Below are positions 48,465 through 57,197 of a stretch of 64,000 bases of DNA, piece after piece. The position numbers and the translations under genes were made by a program. Within the stretch, counting starts at the first letter, position 1. Each line of letters opens with the position of its first letter. The notes beneath the pieces were generated by a model. It was not told the DNA's origin. It ran no database searches and saw nothing but the letters and a program-made list of their open reading frames with translations. The DNA is from Gammaproteobacteria bacterium (GTDB lineage: Bacteria; Pseudomonadota; Gammaproteobacteria; Steroidobacterales; Steroidobacteraceae), in contig JANXYK010000022.1 of NCBI GenBank assembly GCA_025350055.1, positions 36,988 to 100,987 on the forward strand, given 5' to 3'.

Positions 48465-49172
48465 ATGCAACTGCTGACCGTTGCTCCCCGATTCTGCGGT
48501 CCGCCCGGCGCGGCCAACGGCGGCTATGTGGCCGGCCTGTTTGCGCAGCACGCCCCCACCACGGTGCGCGTGCGGCTCGAGCGTCCCGTGCCGCTGGCTG
48601 TGGCGCTGAAAGTGGTCGAGAGCGAAGCAGGGCGGCTCGAACTGCTGCACGACAGCGAGCGCGTCGCGCGCGCCGAGCCCGACCAGCTGCAGCTCGAAGT
48701 GCCGCGTGCACCTGATTATCTCGGGGCGATGGAAGCCTCGCGCCGCTACAGCGGTTTCAACGACCACAGTTTTCCTGGTTGCTTCGTGTGTGGACCAGGA
48801 CGCGCGCGCGGCGACGGGCTGCGCATTTTCGCCGGTGCCTGCAGTGGCGATGCCGCCATGGTGGCGGCGCCGTGGGTGCCAGATGCGGCGCTGGGCCAGA
48901 GCGATGGCAAGGTGCGCCCCGAGTTCATGTGGGCCGCGCTCGACTGCCCGGGCTATTTCGCCGCGCGCAATGACAACGTGATGATGTTCCTGGGCGAGTT
49001 CACCGCGCATGTCGACCGGCGCGTGCATGTCGATGAGCCCTGCGTGATCATCGGCTGGTCCGTTGGCAGCAGCGGGCGCAAGCACCAGGTCGGTACTGCG
49101 CTGTTCGACGAGGATGGCGAGCTGTGCGCACGGGCGCTGGCGACCTGGGTAGAGCCGCGGCCAGCGACCTGA
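48465..49172 (+). CDS. hotdog-fold (PaaI/thioesterase-like) protein
   Basis: FPGCFVCGP.....GL.I.F and LDCPGYF resemble PaaI-type thioesterase motifs. ATG 48465 is 2 nt after the MFS stop. Confidence 0.5.
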   Translation: MQLLTVAPRFCGPPGAANGGYVAGLFAQHAPTTVRVRLERPVPLAVALKVVESEAGRLELLHDSERVARAEPDQLQLEVPRAPDYLGAMEASRRYSGFNDHSFPGCFVCGPGRARGDGLRIFAGACSGDAAMVAAPWVPDAALGQSDGKVRPEFMWAALDCPGYFAARNDNVMMFLGEFTAHVDRRVHVDEPCVIIGWSVGSSGRKHQVGTALFDEDGELCARALATWVEPRPAT

Positions 49173-49186
49173 ATGCCGCCAGCGCC

Positions 49187-49282
49187 TCAGGCGTAGGCGC
49201 GCACCACCAGGCTCAGGCCTGCGACCAGGACCAGCGCGATGATTACCGTGATGCGGAGGAATCGGTCTTTGGTTTCCATCAT
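49187..49282 (-). CDS. candidate 31-aa single-TM small protein (below the ORF-track threshold)
   Basis: AGGAG SD 4 nt before ATG ATG. Sequence MMETKDRFLRITVIIALVLVAGLSLVVRAYA*. Confidence 0.35.
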   Translation of the reverse strand: MMETKDRFLRITVIIALVLVAGLSLVVRAYA

Positions 49283-49395
49283 TGCGCTCCTGATTATGGG
49301 AGATCATTGACGCAAAGATGGATTGTCCCGGCAACTGTCGCTGTTCCCTTACACCAGGGTCGACCCGGCAAATCCCGCGCTGGTACTGGCCCGGC

Positions 49396-49803
49396 TCAGG
49401 CAGGCTTGGCCGCCTTTGCAACAGCCGCTTTCGCAATCGCCGCGCGCGCCTGCACCATGGCTGACTGCATGGCCTGCTGCCGGCACTCTTCGTCCGTGGT
49501 GTAATCTTTTGGAAACAATTCGCCCAGCTGCGCGCACACGGCGTTCGCCGATGCCGTTACCCGCTGCTCCAGCACGGCCATGCCGGCCGACGTAGAAAGA
49601 TCCAGGTCGTTGAATCGCACGCGTCGCTCCAGCGTATGGATTTCGATCCCTGAATTCTCGTAGGGTTGCGAGAGGGTCGGCTTGGTCTGGTGTGCCACCA
49701 CCATGGTGGCATCCGTGGCGCTCGCCAGTCCGGCAGCCAGCGTCAGACCAACGCTCGCGCGCGCGATGCGCAGGCGCTTCGAATTTTCCGTTCCGATTTG
49801 CAT
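49396..49803 (-). CDS. UrcA-family small secreted protein
   Basis: Signal peptide, then VRFNDLDLSTSAGMAVLEQRV..AANAVC, as I recall for the UrcA family. Start trimmed to ATG 49803. Confidence 0.6.
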   Translation of the reverse strand: MQIGTENSKRLRIARASVGLTLAAGLASATDATMVVAHQTKPTLSQPYENSGIEIHTLERRVRFNDLDLSTSAGMAVLEQRVTASANAVCAQLGELFPKDYTTDEECRQQAMQSAMVQARAAIAKAAVAKAAKPA

Positions 49804-49890
49804 GACAGGGTTCCTCACTGAAGTGAATCTTCAGCAGTTGAACCCCTCGAACACACCGAAAGTTTCAGTGCGCCGGTCCCGCTCGTACCC

Positions 49891-51552
49891 TCAGGCGCTC
49901 CGCTGGTGCCGCCACGCGGAAATGAAGGCCACGAGTGAGGTTGCGCCCAGCAGCCACGCGGGCCACACGGGCCAGGCAGGAATGGCCAGCAACCCTTCCC
50001 AGAGGATCGCGCCGATCAGCAGTACGCTGCCGAGCAGCAGCCGGTCGCGGCGGCGATTCGCGCTATCCATGTGCGCGCGCAGCGCGATCAGCTCGGTGCT
50101 GTCGATCGGCAGTGCGAGCTTGCCATCCTGCGCGCGTTCGACGAAATTCTTGGCGAGCGCGGGCACCGACTTCATCACTTCGAGCATGTCGGGCAGCCCG
50201 CGGCGCAGTTCACGCAGCACCGTGCGCACGCGCATGCGATCGCGCATCCAGGAGCGCAGCACCGGCGCCGCGGTCTGCCAGATGTCGAGCTGCGGATAGA
50301 GCTGGCGCCCCAGACCCTCGACGTTGAGCAGCGTCTTCTGCAGCAGGATCAGTTGCGGCTGGATCTGCCCGTCGAAGCGTTGCAGCGCTGCGAACAGCCG
50401 CAGCAATACCGTACCAAACGAGATCTCGCTCAGTGGCCGGTCGAAGATCGGCTCGCAGATGGTGCGCACCGCCGATTCCATTTCATCGACGCGCGTGCCG
50501 GCTGGCACCCAGCCCGATTCGATATGCAGCTCGGCCACGCGCCGGTAGTCGCGATCGAATACCGCCAGGAAATTCTCGGCCAGATAGCGCTGATCGCGCA
50601 ATGAGAGCGTGCCGACGATACCGAAATCCACCGCCGCATAGCGCGGACGGGCCGGGTCATCGAGCAGCACGAAGATGTTGCCCGGGTGCATGTCGGCATG
50701 GAAGAAATTGTGGCGGAACACTTGCGTGAAGAAAATCTCGACGCCGTTCTCGGCCAGGCGCCGGAAATCGGTGCCGCGCGCGCGCAGCGTGGCCAGATCG
50801 CCGATCGGGACGCCGCGGATGCGCTCCATCACCATCACATCGTTGCGGCACAGGTCCCAGTGCACTTCGGGCACATACAGCAGCGGCGAGCCGGCGAAGT
50901 TGCGCTTGAGCTGCGAGGCGTTGGCGGCCTCGCGCATCAGGTCCAGTTCATCGAGGATGGTCTTGTGGTACTCATCGACCACGGCGATCGGTTTCAGGCG
51001 GCGTGCTTCTGGCCACCAGCGTTCGGCCAACGTGGCCAGCGTGTGCATCACCTCGAGGTCGCGGTTGATCACGGCCCGCATCTGCGGCCGCAGCACCTTG
51101 ACGACCACCTCGCGTCCATCGCTGCGCAGGGCCACGTGCACCTGCGCGATCGAAGCCGCGGCTAGTGGTGTCTCCTCGAACTGCTTGAACAGTGCGCTGA
51201 GCGGCTGGCGATAGCTGCGCTCCAGGCTGGCGCGCGCCTCACTGCCCGGGAATGGTGGAACACGATCCTGGAGCTTCGCGAGTTCGTCCGCGATGTCGGC
51301 CGGCAGCAGATCGCGCCGCGTCGAGAGCGCCTGGCCGAATTTCACGAAGATTGGGCCCAGCTCCTCGAGCGCCAGGCGCAGGCGTTCGGCGCGCGTCGCG
51401 CCGCGACGGCGCTGGAACCAGGTCCAGGGTGACAGGAAGAACAGGAAGCGCAGCGGCCGGTACAGATGCGTGGCACGCACGAAGTCATCGAGCCCGTGGC
51501 GCACCAGCACGCGCTGGATCTCGAGCATGCGGCTGAGCACGCGCAGCTTCAT
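49891..51552 (-). CDS. ubiB: ubiquinone biosynthesis regulatory kinase UbiB
   Basis: ABC1/UbiB kinase motifs (LGPIFVKFGQ.LSTRRDLLP, AASIAQVH, HADMHPGN) and C-terminal TM helices. Start trimmed to ATG 51552. Confidence 0.9.
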   Translation of the reverse strand: MKLRVLSRMLEIQRVLVRHGLDDFVRATHLYRPLRFLFFLSPWTWFQRRRGATRAERLRLALEELGPIFVKFGQALSTRRDLLPADIADELAKLQDRVPPFPGSEARASLERSYRQPLSALFKQFEETPLAAASIAQVHVALRSDGREVVVKVLRPQMRAVINRDLEVMHTLATLAERWWPEARRLKPIAVVDEYHKTILDELDLMREAANASQLKRNFAGSPLLYVPEVHWDLCRNDVMVMERIRGVPIGDLATLRARGTDFRRLAENGVEIFFTQVFRHNFFHADMHPGNIFVLLDDPARPRYAAVDFGIVGTLSLRDQRYLAENFLAVFDRDYRRVAELHIESGWVPAGTRVDEMESAVRTICEPIFDRPLSEISFGTVLLRLFAALQRFDGQIQPQLILLQKTLLNVEGLGRQLYPQLDIWQTAAPVLRSWMRDRMRVRTVLRELRRGLPDMLEVMKSVPALAKNFVERAQDGKLALPIDSTELIALRAHMDSANRRRDRLLLGSVLLIGAILWEGLLAIPAWPVWPAWLLGATSLVAFISAWRHQRSA

Positions 51553-52190
51553 GGGCGCGCCAGGCGCTGATCGACCTGTGTGACGCGCGCTTCGGCGCGC
51601 GCCACGCTCTGGCGCAGCGACTCGACGCCGCTGAGGAATTGCTCGGCCTCGGCGCGTGGCACCAGGTCGCGGCTCTCGTGCGCCAGATAGTCGGCGCTGT
51701 TGTCGAACAGCGAGCGGCCGGCGGCGCGTCCCCACTGCTGTAACGCGCTTAAGGCCCGCGTCGCCAGGTGCGCGGGTACGCGGCCGATGACTTTCGCGAG
51801 CCCGGCCTCGAGGCCGGGCCGCAGCAGGCGCGCCAGTTCCTGAAATTGCGTCGCGAGCTGTTCATCGCCGCTCATGAGCAGCCGTCGCTCGGCAACCAGC
51901 TGTTCGACATTGCTGCCGAGGGCGGCCAGGAAGGCCAGCGGCGTGCCGCGGAGCGTGACATCAGGGGCGGCCGCATCGGCAGCGCCCGTGATGACGCGAC
52001 GCAGTTGCAGTTGCTGCTCGCCGACGCTGACCTGCAACAGCAGATCGACAACGCTGATCTCGATGCGCAGGGTTCTTCCGCTCAGTTCGCGGCACAACGC
52101 GCGCGCACGTGGCGAATCCGCCAGTGCACCCTCCACATGGGAGGCGAAGGCGCGCTCGAACTGCCCGAAGGCCGCATCCGTGCTCAGCAA
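51549..52190 (-). CDS. ubiJ: ubiquinone biosynthesis accessory factor UbiJ (SCP2 domain)
   Basis: Position between ubiE and ubiB, about 210 aa, SCP2-like region (LRGTPLAFLAL....L...GD..LA..F..L). Start uncertain (TTG 52190). Confidence 0.6.
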   Translation of the reverse strand: MLSTDAAFGQFERAFASHVEGALADSPRARALCRELSGRTLRIEISVVDLLLQVSVGEQQLQLRRVITGAADAAAPDVTLRGTPLAFLAALGSNVEQLVAERRLLMSGDEQLATQFQELARLLRPGLEAGLAKVIGRVPAHLATRALSALQQWGRAAGRSLFDNSADYLAHESRDLVPRAEAEQFLSGVESLRQSVARAEARVTQVDQRLARP

Positions 52191-52936
52191 CGGAATCCCC
52201 GATGCACCGCGACGATGCCGCCGAACAGATTGTGGTAGCGACATTCTTCCAGGCCCGCAGCGCGCAGCATCGCCAGCAGCGTTTCCTGGTCCGGGTGGCG
52301 ACGGATCGATTCGGCCAGATAGCGGTAGCTGTCGGCATCGCCTGCGACCACGCGCCCCAACAATGGCAGCAACTTGAAGGAGTAGCTGTCGTACAGCGAG
52401 CCCAGTGTGGTGTTCACGGGCTTGGAAAATTCCAGTACCAGCAGCTGCCCGCCCACCTTGAGCACGCGGCGCATCGAGGCCAGCGCGCGCGCCTTGTCGG
52501 TCACATTGCGCAGGCCGAAACCAATCGTCACGCAATCGAAGCTTTCATCGGCGAAGGGCAGGCACTCGGCATCGGCCTGCGCGTAACACACGTTGCCCAC
52601 CAGGCCAGCGTCGATCAGCCGATCGCGTCCGGCATCGAGCATCGCGGCGTTGATGTCGGTGAGCACGACCAGGCCCGATTGCCCCACCTGCTGCGCCATG
52701 CCGACCGACAGGTCGCCCGTGCCGCCGGCCACATCGAGCGCGCGGCCGCCGGTCTTGAGGCTGGTGAGCGAGAGCGCAAAGTGTTTCCAGATGCGGTGCG
52801 CGCCGCCCGACATCAGATCGTTCATCAGGTCGTAACGCGTCGCGACCGAATCGAAGACCTCGCGCACGCGCCGCGCCTTGTCGCCGCGCGGCACCTGTTG
52901 GTATCCGAAATCGACCGTGTCGTGTTCGCCGGGCAT
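52184..52936 (-). CDS. ubiE: ubiquinone/menaquinone C-methyltransferase UbiE
   Basis: VFDSVA.RYDLMNDLMS.G.HR.WK and LDVAGGTGD SAM motif. Confidence 0.92.
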   Translation of the reverse strand: MPGEHDTVDFGYQQVPRGDKARRVREVFDSVATRYDLMNDLMSGGAHRIWKHFALSLTSLKTGGRALDVAGGTGDLSVGMAQQVGQSGLVVLTDINAAMLDAGRDRLIDAGLVGNVCYAQADAECLPFADESFDCVTIGFGLRNVTDKARALASMRRVLKVGGQLLVLEFSKPVNTTLGSLYDSYSFKLLPLLGRVVAGDADSYRYLAESIRRHPDQETLLAMLRAAGLEECRYHNLFGGIVAVHRGFRC

Positions 52937-53044
52937 CCGATGCGCGCTCCGCTGAAGTCAGCCGCAGATTCTATGTAATACGTACTGCTGGTGCGCCCTC
53001 GCGAGAGGTTTTGTATGCGCCGCAGCAGATCTTATTATTGAATA

Positions 53045-53161
53045 CCTGTAGCTATTTTGCGCCAGTTGTTTAGAATCGCGCCCCGGCCAGCAGCCGAAAA
53101 GGCGCTGGCTAGTGGGGGTCTTGTTAAGATTTGGCCGGGCTTTTGCCCGGCCTTTCTTTTT
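53045..53161 (+). ncRNA. candidate ~115-nt small RNA, antisense to the 3' end of the DUF971 gene
   Basis: Plus-strand TTGTAT (53011-16), 16-nt spacer, TATTAT (53033-38). Internal hairpin at 53086-53109. It would end at the canonical terminator 53133-53161. No plus-strand CDS is present here. Confidence 0.2.
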
Positions 53162-53498
53162 CTACCCGGCGCAGGTATTCGGCCCAGCGTGAGTGTTGCG
53201 ATTGCCCCAACTCGTACAGGTATTTCCAGGTGTAGAGGCCTGTATTGTGGCCGTCGTCGAAGTTCAGGCGCACCGCGTAATGGCCCACGGGTTCCACTGA
53301 ACTGATGCCGACCTTCTCCTTGCCCGTGATCAGCACCGGCGGCTCGACGCCGTGGCCCTGCACCTCGGCCGAAGGCGAGTGCACGCGCAGGTACTCGGCC
53401 GGCAGCGCGAAGCGCTCGCCGCTCTCGAAAGCGACTTCCAGCAGCCGTGAGCGCGTGCGCAGACGGATTTCCAGCAGGGCGGGTAAACTAGTCTGCAA
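53124..53498 (-). CDS. DUF971 (gamma-butyrobetaine hydroxylase-like N-terminal domain) protein
   Basis: ..LPAEYLRVHSPSAEVQGHG.......GKEKVGI..VEPVGHYAVRLNFDDGHNTGLYTW.YL is typical of DUF971. TTG start. Confidence 0.7.
   Translation of the reverse strand: MQTSLPALLEIRLRTRSRLLEVAFESGERFALPAEYLRVHSPSAEVQGHGVEPPVLITGKEKVGISSVEPVGHYAVRLNFDDGHNTGLYTWKYLYELGQSQHSRWAEYLRRVEKERPGKSPAKS
53133..53161 (+). terminator. canonical intrinsic terminator on the plus strand
   Basis: GGCCGGGC-tttt-GCCCGGCC followed by TTTCTTTTT. It lies inside the last codons of the minus-strand DUF971 gene. On the minus strand it is followed only by AAATCTT. Confidence 0.6.
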
Positions 53499-53549
53499 AG
53501 TGACACTACTCGCTACATTTGGGCCGTTTTGCTATACAAGGCGGCCGCC

Positions 53550-55358
53550 ATGAATCCTACAGATACTGCGAATCCCGATCATTACCATCGGGTCGTCGAT
53601 TGCCAGTGGGCCTGCCCTACGCATACCGATGTTCCAGAATACATCCGGCTGATCGCCCAGGGGCGTTTTACCGACGCCTACCTGCTCAATCGCCAGTCCA
53701 ACGTGTTCCCGGGCATCCTGGGTCGCGTCTGCGACCGGCCCTGCGAGCCGGCCTGCCGGCGCGGACGCGTCGAGGAAAAGCCGGTCGCGATCTGCCGGCT
53801 CAAGCGCGTCGCCGCCGATCTCAAGGGCGAGCTGACCGGCCGCGTGCCGCGCGGGCCCTTCGAGCGCAATGGCAGGCGCATCGCCTGCGTGGGCGCGGGT
53901 CCGGCCTCGCTCACCGTTGCCAACGATCTGGCGCCGCTCGGCTATGAAGTGGTGATCTTCGAGCGGCAGCAGGTGCCCGGCGGCCTGATGCGCAGCAATA
54001 TTCCTTCGTTCCGGCTGCCGCAGAGCGTGTTGGATGAAGAGATCGGCCTGATCCTCGACATGGGTGTCGAGCTGAAGCTCAATGCGCCGATCGGCAGCAT
54101 GCGCGACCTGCTGGAAAAGCAGGAGTTTAACGCGGTGTTCGTTGGTTCCGGCGCGCCCAAGGGCAAGGAGCTGGAACTCCCCGGCCGCCACGACACCGAT
54201 CGCATCCACATCGGCATCGACTGGCTCGAGTCGGTGGCATTCGAGCACATCAAGAGCGTTGGCGAACGCGTACTGATCATCGGCGTCGGCAATACCGCGA
54301 TGGACTGCTGCCGCAGCTCGCTGCGCATGGGCGCGAAGAGCGTCAAGGTGATGGCGCGCAAGCCGCGCGGTTTCTTCAAGGCTTCCGAATGGGAGCTCGA
54401 GGATGCCGAGGCCGAGAGCGTCGAGATCATCGTCAACCGTTCACCAAAAAAGTTCGTGATTGAAAACGGCAAGCTCGCGGGCATGCTCTTCGACCAGATG
54501 GAATACGAGCTCAAGGATGGCCGCATCACTGCCGAGCGCGTGGTCGGCGAAGAGCTGATTCCCTGCGACGATGTAATCCTGGCGATCGGCCAGGAGAACG
54601 CCTTTCCGTGGATCGAGCGCGACTTGGGCATTGAATTCGACCAGTGGCGCGTGCCTAAAGTCGATGCGCAGACTTTCCAGTCGACGAACGCGAAAGTGTT
54701 CTTCGGCGGTGACGCGGCCTTCGGGCCCAAGAACATCATCTGGGCAGTGGAGCACGGCCACCAGGCCGCGATCTCGCTGCACAGCTTCCTGCAGGGCCAG
54801 CCGGTCGCCGAGCGACCGAAGCCGGGCGTGAAACTGCAGAGCGTGAAGATGGGCGTGCACGAGTGGGCGTACTCGAACGACTACGCGCCGCTCGAGCGGC
54901 GGCTGGTGCCGCACGTCTCGCTCAAGGAACGCTTCAAGAAACTCAACATCGAAGTGGAGCTCGGCTACAACGCCGACGTGGCGGCGCAGGAAGTGCAGCG
55001 CTGCCTCAACTGCGATGTGCAAACCGTGTTCGAGGCGAAGCTGTGCATCGAATGCGATGCCTGCATCGATGTCTGCCCGACCGATTGCCTGACCATCACC
55101 CATGGTGGCGAAGAGGCCGACCTGCGCACACGCCTGCGGGCGCCGGCGCGCGTCACCGCGCAGCCGCTGGTGGTCTCGGGCGCGCTGCCGCAGACCGGCC
55201 GCGTGATGGTCAAGGATGAAAACCTCTGCGTGCACTGTGGACTGTGCGCCGAGCGTTGCCCGACGGCGGCCTGGGATATGCAGAAGTCCACGATTCATTG
55301 GCCCCACGCCGGAGATGGTGAAACCGCATGCCGCCCAAAGCAGCGCCAGAGCGCGTAA
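53550..55358 (+). CDS. GltD/NfnB-like FAD-NAD(P)H oxidoreductase fused to a C-terminal 2x[4Fe-4S] ferredoxin domain (KorC-like)
   Basis: N-terminal Fe-S Cys motifs (C..ACPTHTD..; CDRPCEPAC), two GxGxxG/A folds (VGAGPASL, IIGVGNTAMDC), and C-terminal CLNCD..C..CDACIDVCP / CVHCGLCAERCP. Confidence 0.75.
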   Translation: MNPTDTANPDHYHRVVDCQWACPTHTDVPEYIRLIAQGRFTDAYLLNRQSNVFPGILGRVCDRPCEPACRRGRVEEKPVAICRLKRVAADLKGELTGRVPRGPFERNGRRIACVGAGPASLTVANDLAPLGYEVVIFERQQVPGGLMRSNIPSFRLPQSVLDEEIGLILDMGVELKLNAPIGSMRDLLEKQEFNAVFVGSGAPKGKELELPGRHDTDRIHIGIDWLESVAFEHIKSVGERVLIIGVGNTAMDCCRSSLRMGAKSVKVMARKPRGFFKASEWELEDAEAESVEIIVNRSPKKFVIENGKLAGMLFDQMEYELKDGRITAERVVGEELIPCDDVILAIGQENAFPWIERDLGIEFDQWRVPKVDAQTFQSTNAKVFFGGDAAFGPKNIIWAVEHGHQAAISLHSFLQGQPVAERPKPGVKLQSVKMGVHEWAYSNDYAPLERRLVPHVSLKERFKKLNIEVELGYNADVAAQEVQRCLNCDVQTVFEAKLCIECDACIDVCPTDCLTITHGGEEADLRTRLRAPARVTAQPLVVSGALPQTGRVMVKDENLCVHCGLCAERCPTAAWDMQKSTIHWPHAGDGETACRPKQRQSA

Positions 55359-57187
55359 ACGATTTCGTCATCAAGATCGGTACCGTCAACGGTACCGGTT
55401 CCGCGAGCGCCAACGGCCTGCTGATGAAGGCCGTGTTCCGCAGCGGCGTGCCGGTGGTCGGCAAGAATTATTTTCCCTCGAACATCCAGGGCGCGCCTAC
55501 CTGGTACGAGATCCGCGTGACGCGCGCCGGTTATCGCGCGCGCGCCGGCCAGGTCGACATCATGGTGGCGCTCAACCCCGAGAGCTACGCGCGCGACCTG
55601 CAGGAAGTGGTCTCGGGCGGCTATTTCGTCTACGACTGCACCTGGCCGCGACCCGCGCTGCTGCGGCGCGATGATGTCACCGTGCTGGGCGTGCCGCTGG
55701 CGCGCCTGTGCAACGAGAACTTCCAGGGCGTGCGCACCCGCATCCTGATGAAGAACATCTGCTACGCCGGCGTGCTGGCGGCGCTGTGCGATCTCGATCT
55801 GGATGTGATCCGCGGTCTGCTGGCCGAGACCTACGCGAAGAAGCCGCAGCTGGTCGAGAGCAACATGAAGGCGATCCAGCTCGGCTACGACTACGCGCGC
55901 AAGGCGTTCGACTGCCCGCTGCCGCTGCGCGTCGCCAAGCTCGACGCCACCAAGGGCCACATCATCATCGATGGCAACACCGCTGCCGGCCTGGGCTGTG
56001 TGTATGCCGGCGCCACGGTGGGCGCCTGGTATCCGATCACGCCTTCCACCTCGCTGATGGATGCCTACAAGAGTTTCGCCGAGCGGTTGCGTGCCACGCC
56101 CGACGGGCGCAAGAACTACGTGATGATCCAGGCCGAGGACGAGCTCGCCTCGATCGGCATGGTGATCGGCGCCAACTGGAACGGCGCGCGCGCGTTCACC
56201 GCCACATCGGGCCCTGGCATTTCGTTGATGCAGGAATTCCTCGGCCTCGGCTACTACACCGAAACGCCCGCGGTGGTATTCGACGTGCAGCGTGTCGGCC
56301 CCTCGACCGGCATGCCGACGCGCACGCAACAGAGTGACCTGCGCTCGGCGGCTTATGCCTCGCACGGCGATACGCGGCACGTGTGCCTGTATCCGGCCAA
56401 TCCGGAGGAGTGCTTCTATTTCGCGGCCACGGCCTTCGACTTGGCCGATCGCCTGCAGACACCGGTGCTGGTGCTCTCCGACCTCGACATCGGCATGAAC
56501 GACTGGATGTGTCCCGATCTCAAATGGGACGAGAACTACCAGCCCGATCGCGGCAAGCTGCTCGACGCCGAGCAGCTCTCGAAGATCGACAAGTTCTGGC
56601 GTTACTACGACCACGACGACGATGGCATTCCGCAGCGCACGCTTCCGGGCGTCAGCGCCAAGGGCGCCTGGTTTGCGCGCGGCTCGGGGCACACGCAGTA
56701 CGGCGCCTACACTGAGGATTCGCGCGACTACCAGATTGTGCTCGACCGCCTGCGTAAGAAGTGGATCACCGCCTCAAGGCTGGTGCCCAAGGCGATCATC
56801 GAGAACAGCGCACCGATCGAAGGCGAGGGAAATGGTACCAATGAGCTCGCGATCGTCACGGTCGGCAGCGGCGATGCGCCGGTGCGCGAAGCGATCGATC
56901 GCCTGCGTGCGCAGGGTGTGGCCGTGGACTACATGCGGGTGCGCGGCTTTCCCTTCGGCGAGGAAGTCGAGACTTTCCTGAACGCGCACAAGACCAGTTT
57001 CATTGTTGAGCAGAACCGTGATGCGCAGTTGCGCGCGCTGCTGCTGCTCGAGACCGGCGTCGAGAAAGGCCGCATGCGCTCGATCCTGCATTACAACGGC
57101 ATGCCGCTGGCCGCCGCTTACGTGGTCGATGGCGTGATGGCGGCGGTGCAGGATCGCGCGCGCCCCGCGGCACAACTGGTGCGCTGA
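55328..57187 (+). CDS. korA: 2-oxoacid:acceptor oxidoreductase alpha subunit
   Basis: IKIGTVNGTGSASANGLL gamma-like domain followed by an alpha domain (GAWYPITPST), 619 aa. 31-nt overlap with the upstream gene. Confidence 0.8.
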   Translation: MPPKAAPERVNDFVIKIGTVNGTGSASANGLLMKAVFRSGVPVVGKNYFPSNIQGAPTWYEIRVTRAGYRARAGQVDIMVALNPESYARDLQEVVSGGYFVYDCTWPRPALLRRDDVTVLGVPLARLCNENFQGVRTRILMKNICYAGVLAALCDLDLDVIRGLLAETYAKKPQLVESNMKAIQLGYDYARKAFDCPLPLRVAKLDATKGHIIIDGNTAAGLGCVYAGATVGAWYPITPSTSLMDAYKSFAERLRATPDGRKNYVMIQAEDELASIGMVIGANWNGARAFTATSGPGISLMQEFLGLGYYTETPAVVFDVQRVGPSTGMPTRTQQSDLRSAAYASHGDTRHVCLYPANPEECFYFAATAFDLADRLQTPVLVLSDLDIGMNDWMCPDLKWDENYQPDRGKLLDAEQLSKIDKFWRYYDHDDDGIPQRTLPGVSAKGAWFARGSGHTQYGAYTEDSRDYQIVLDRLRKKWITASRLVPKAIIENSAPIEGEGNGTNELAIVTVGSGDAPVREAIDRLRAQGVAVDYMRVRGFPFGEEVETFLNAHKTSFIVEQNRDAQLRALLLLETGVEKGRMRSILHYNGMPLAAAYVVDGVMAAVQDRARPAAQLVR

Positions 57188-57197
57188 GGAGCCTGCA

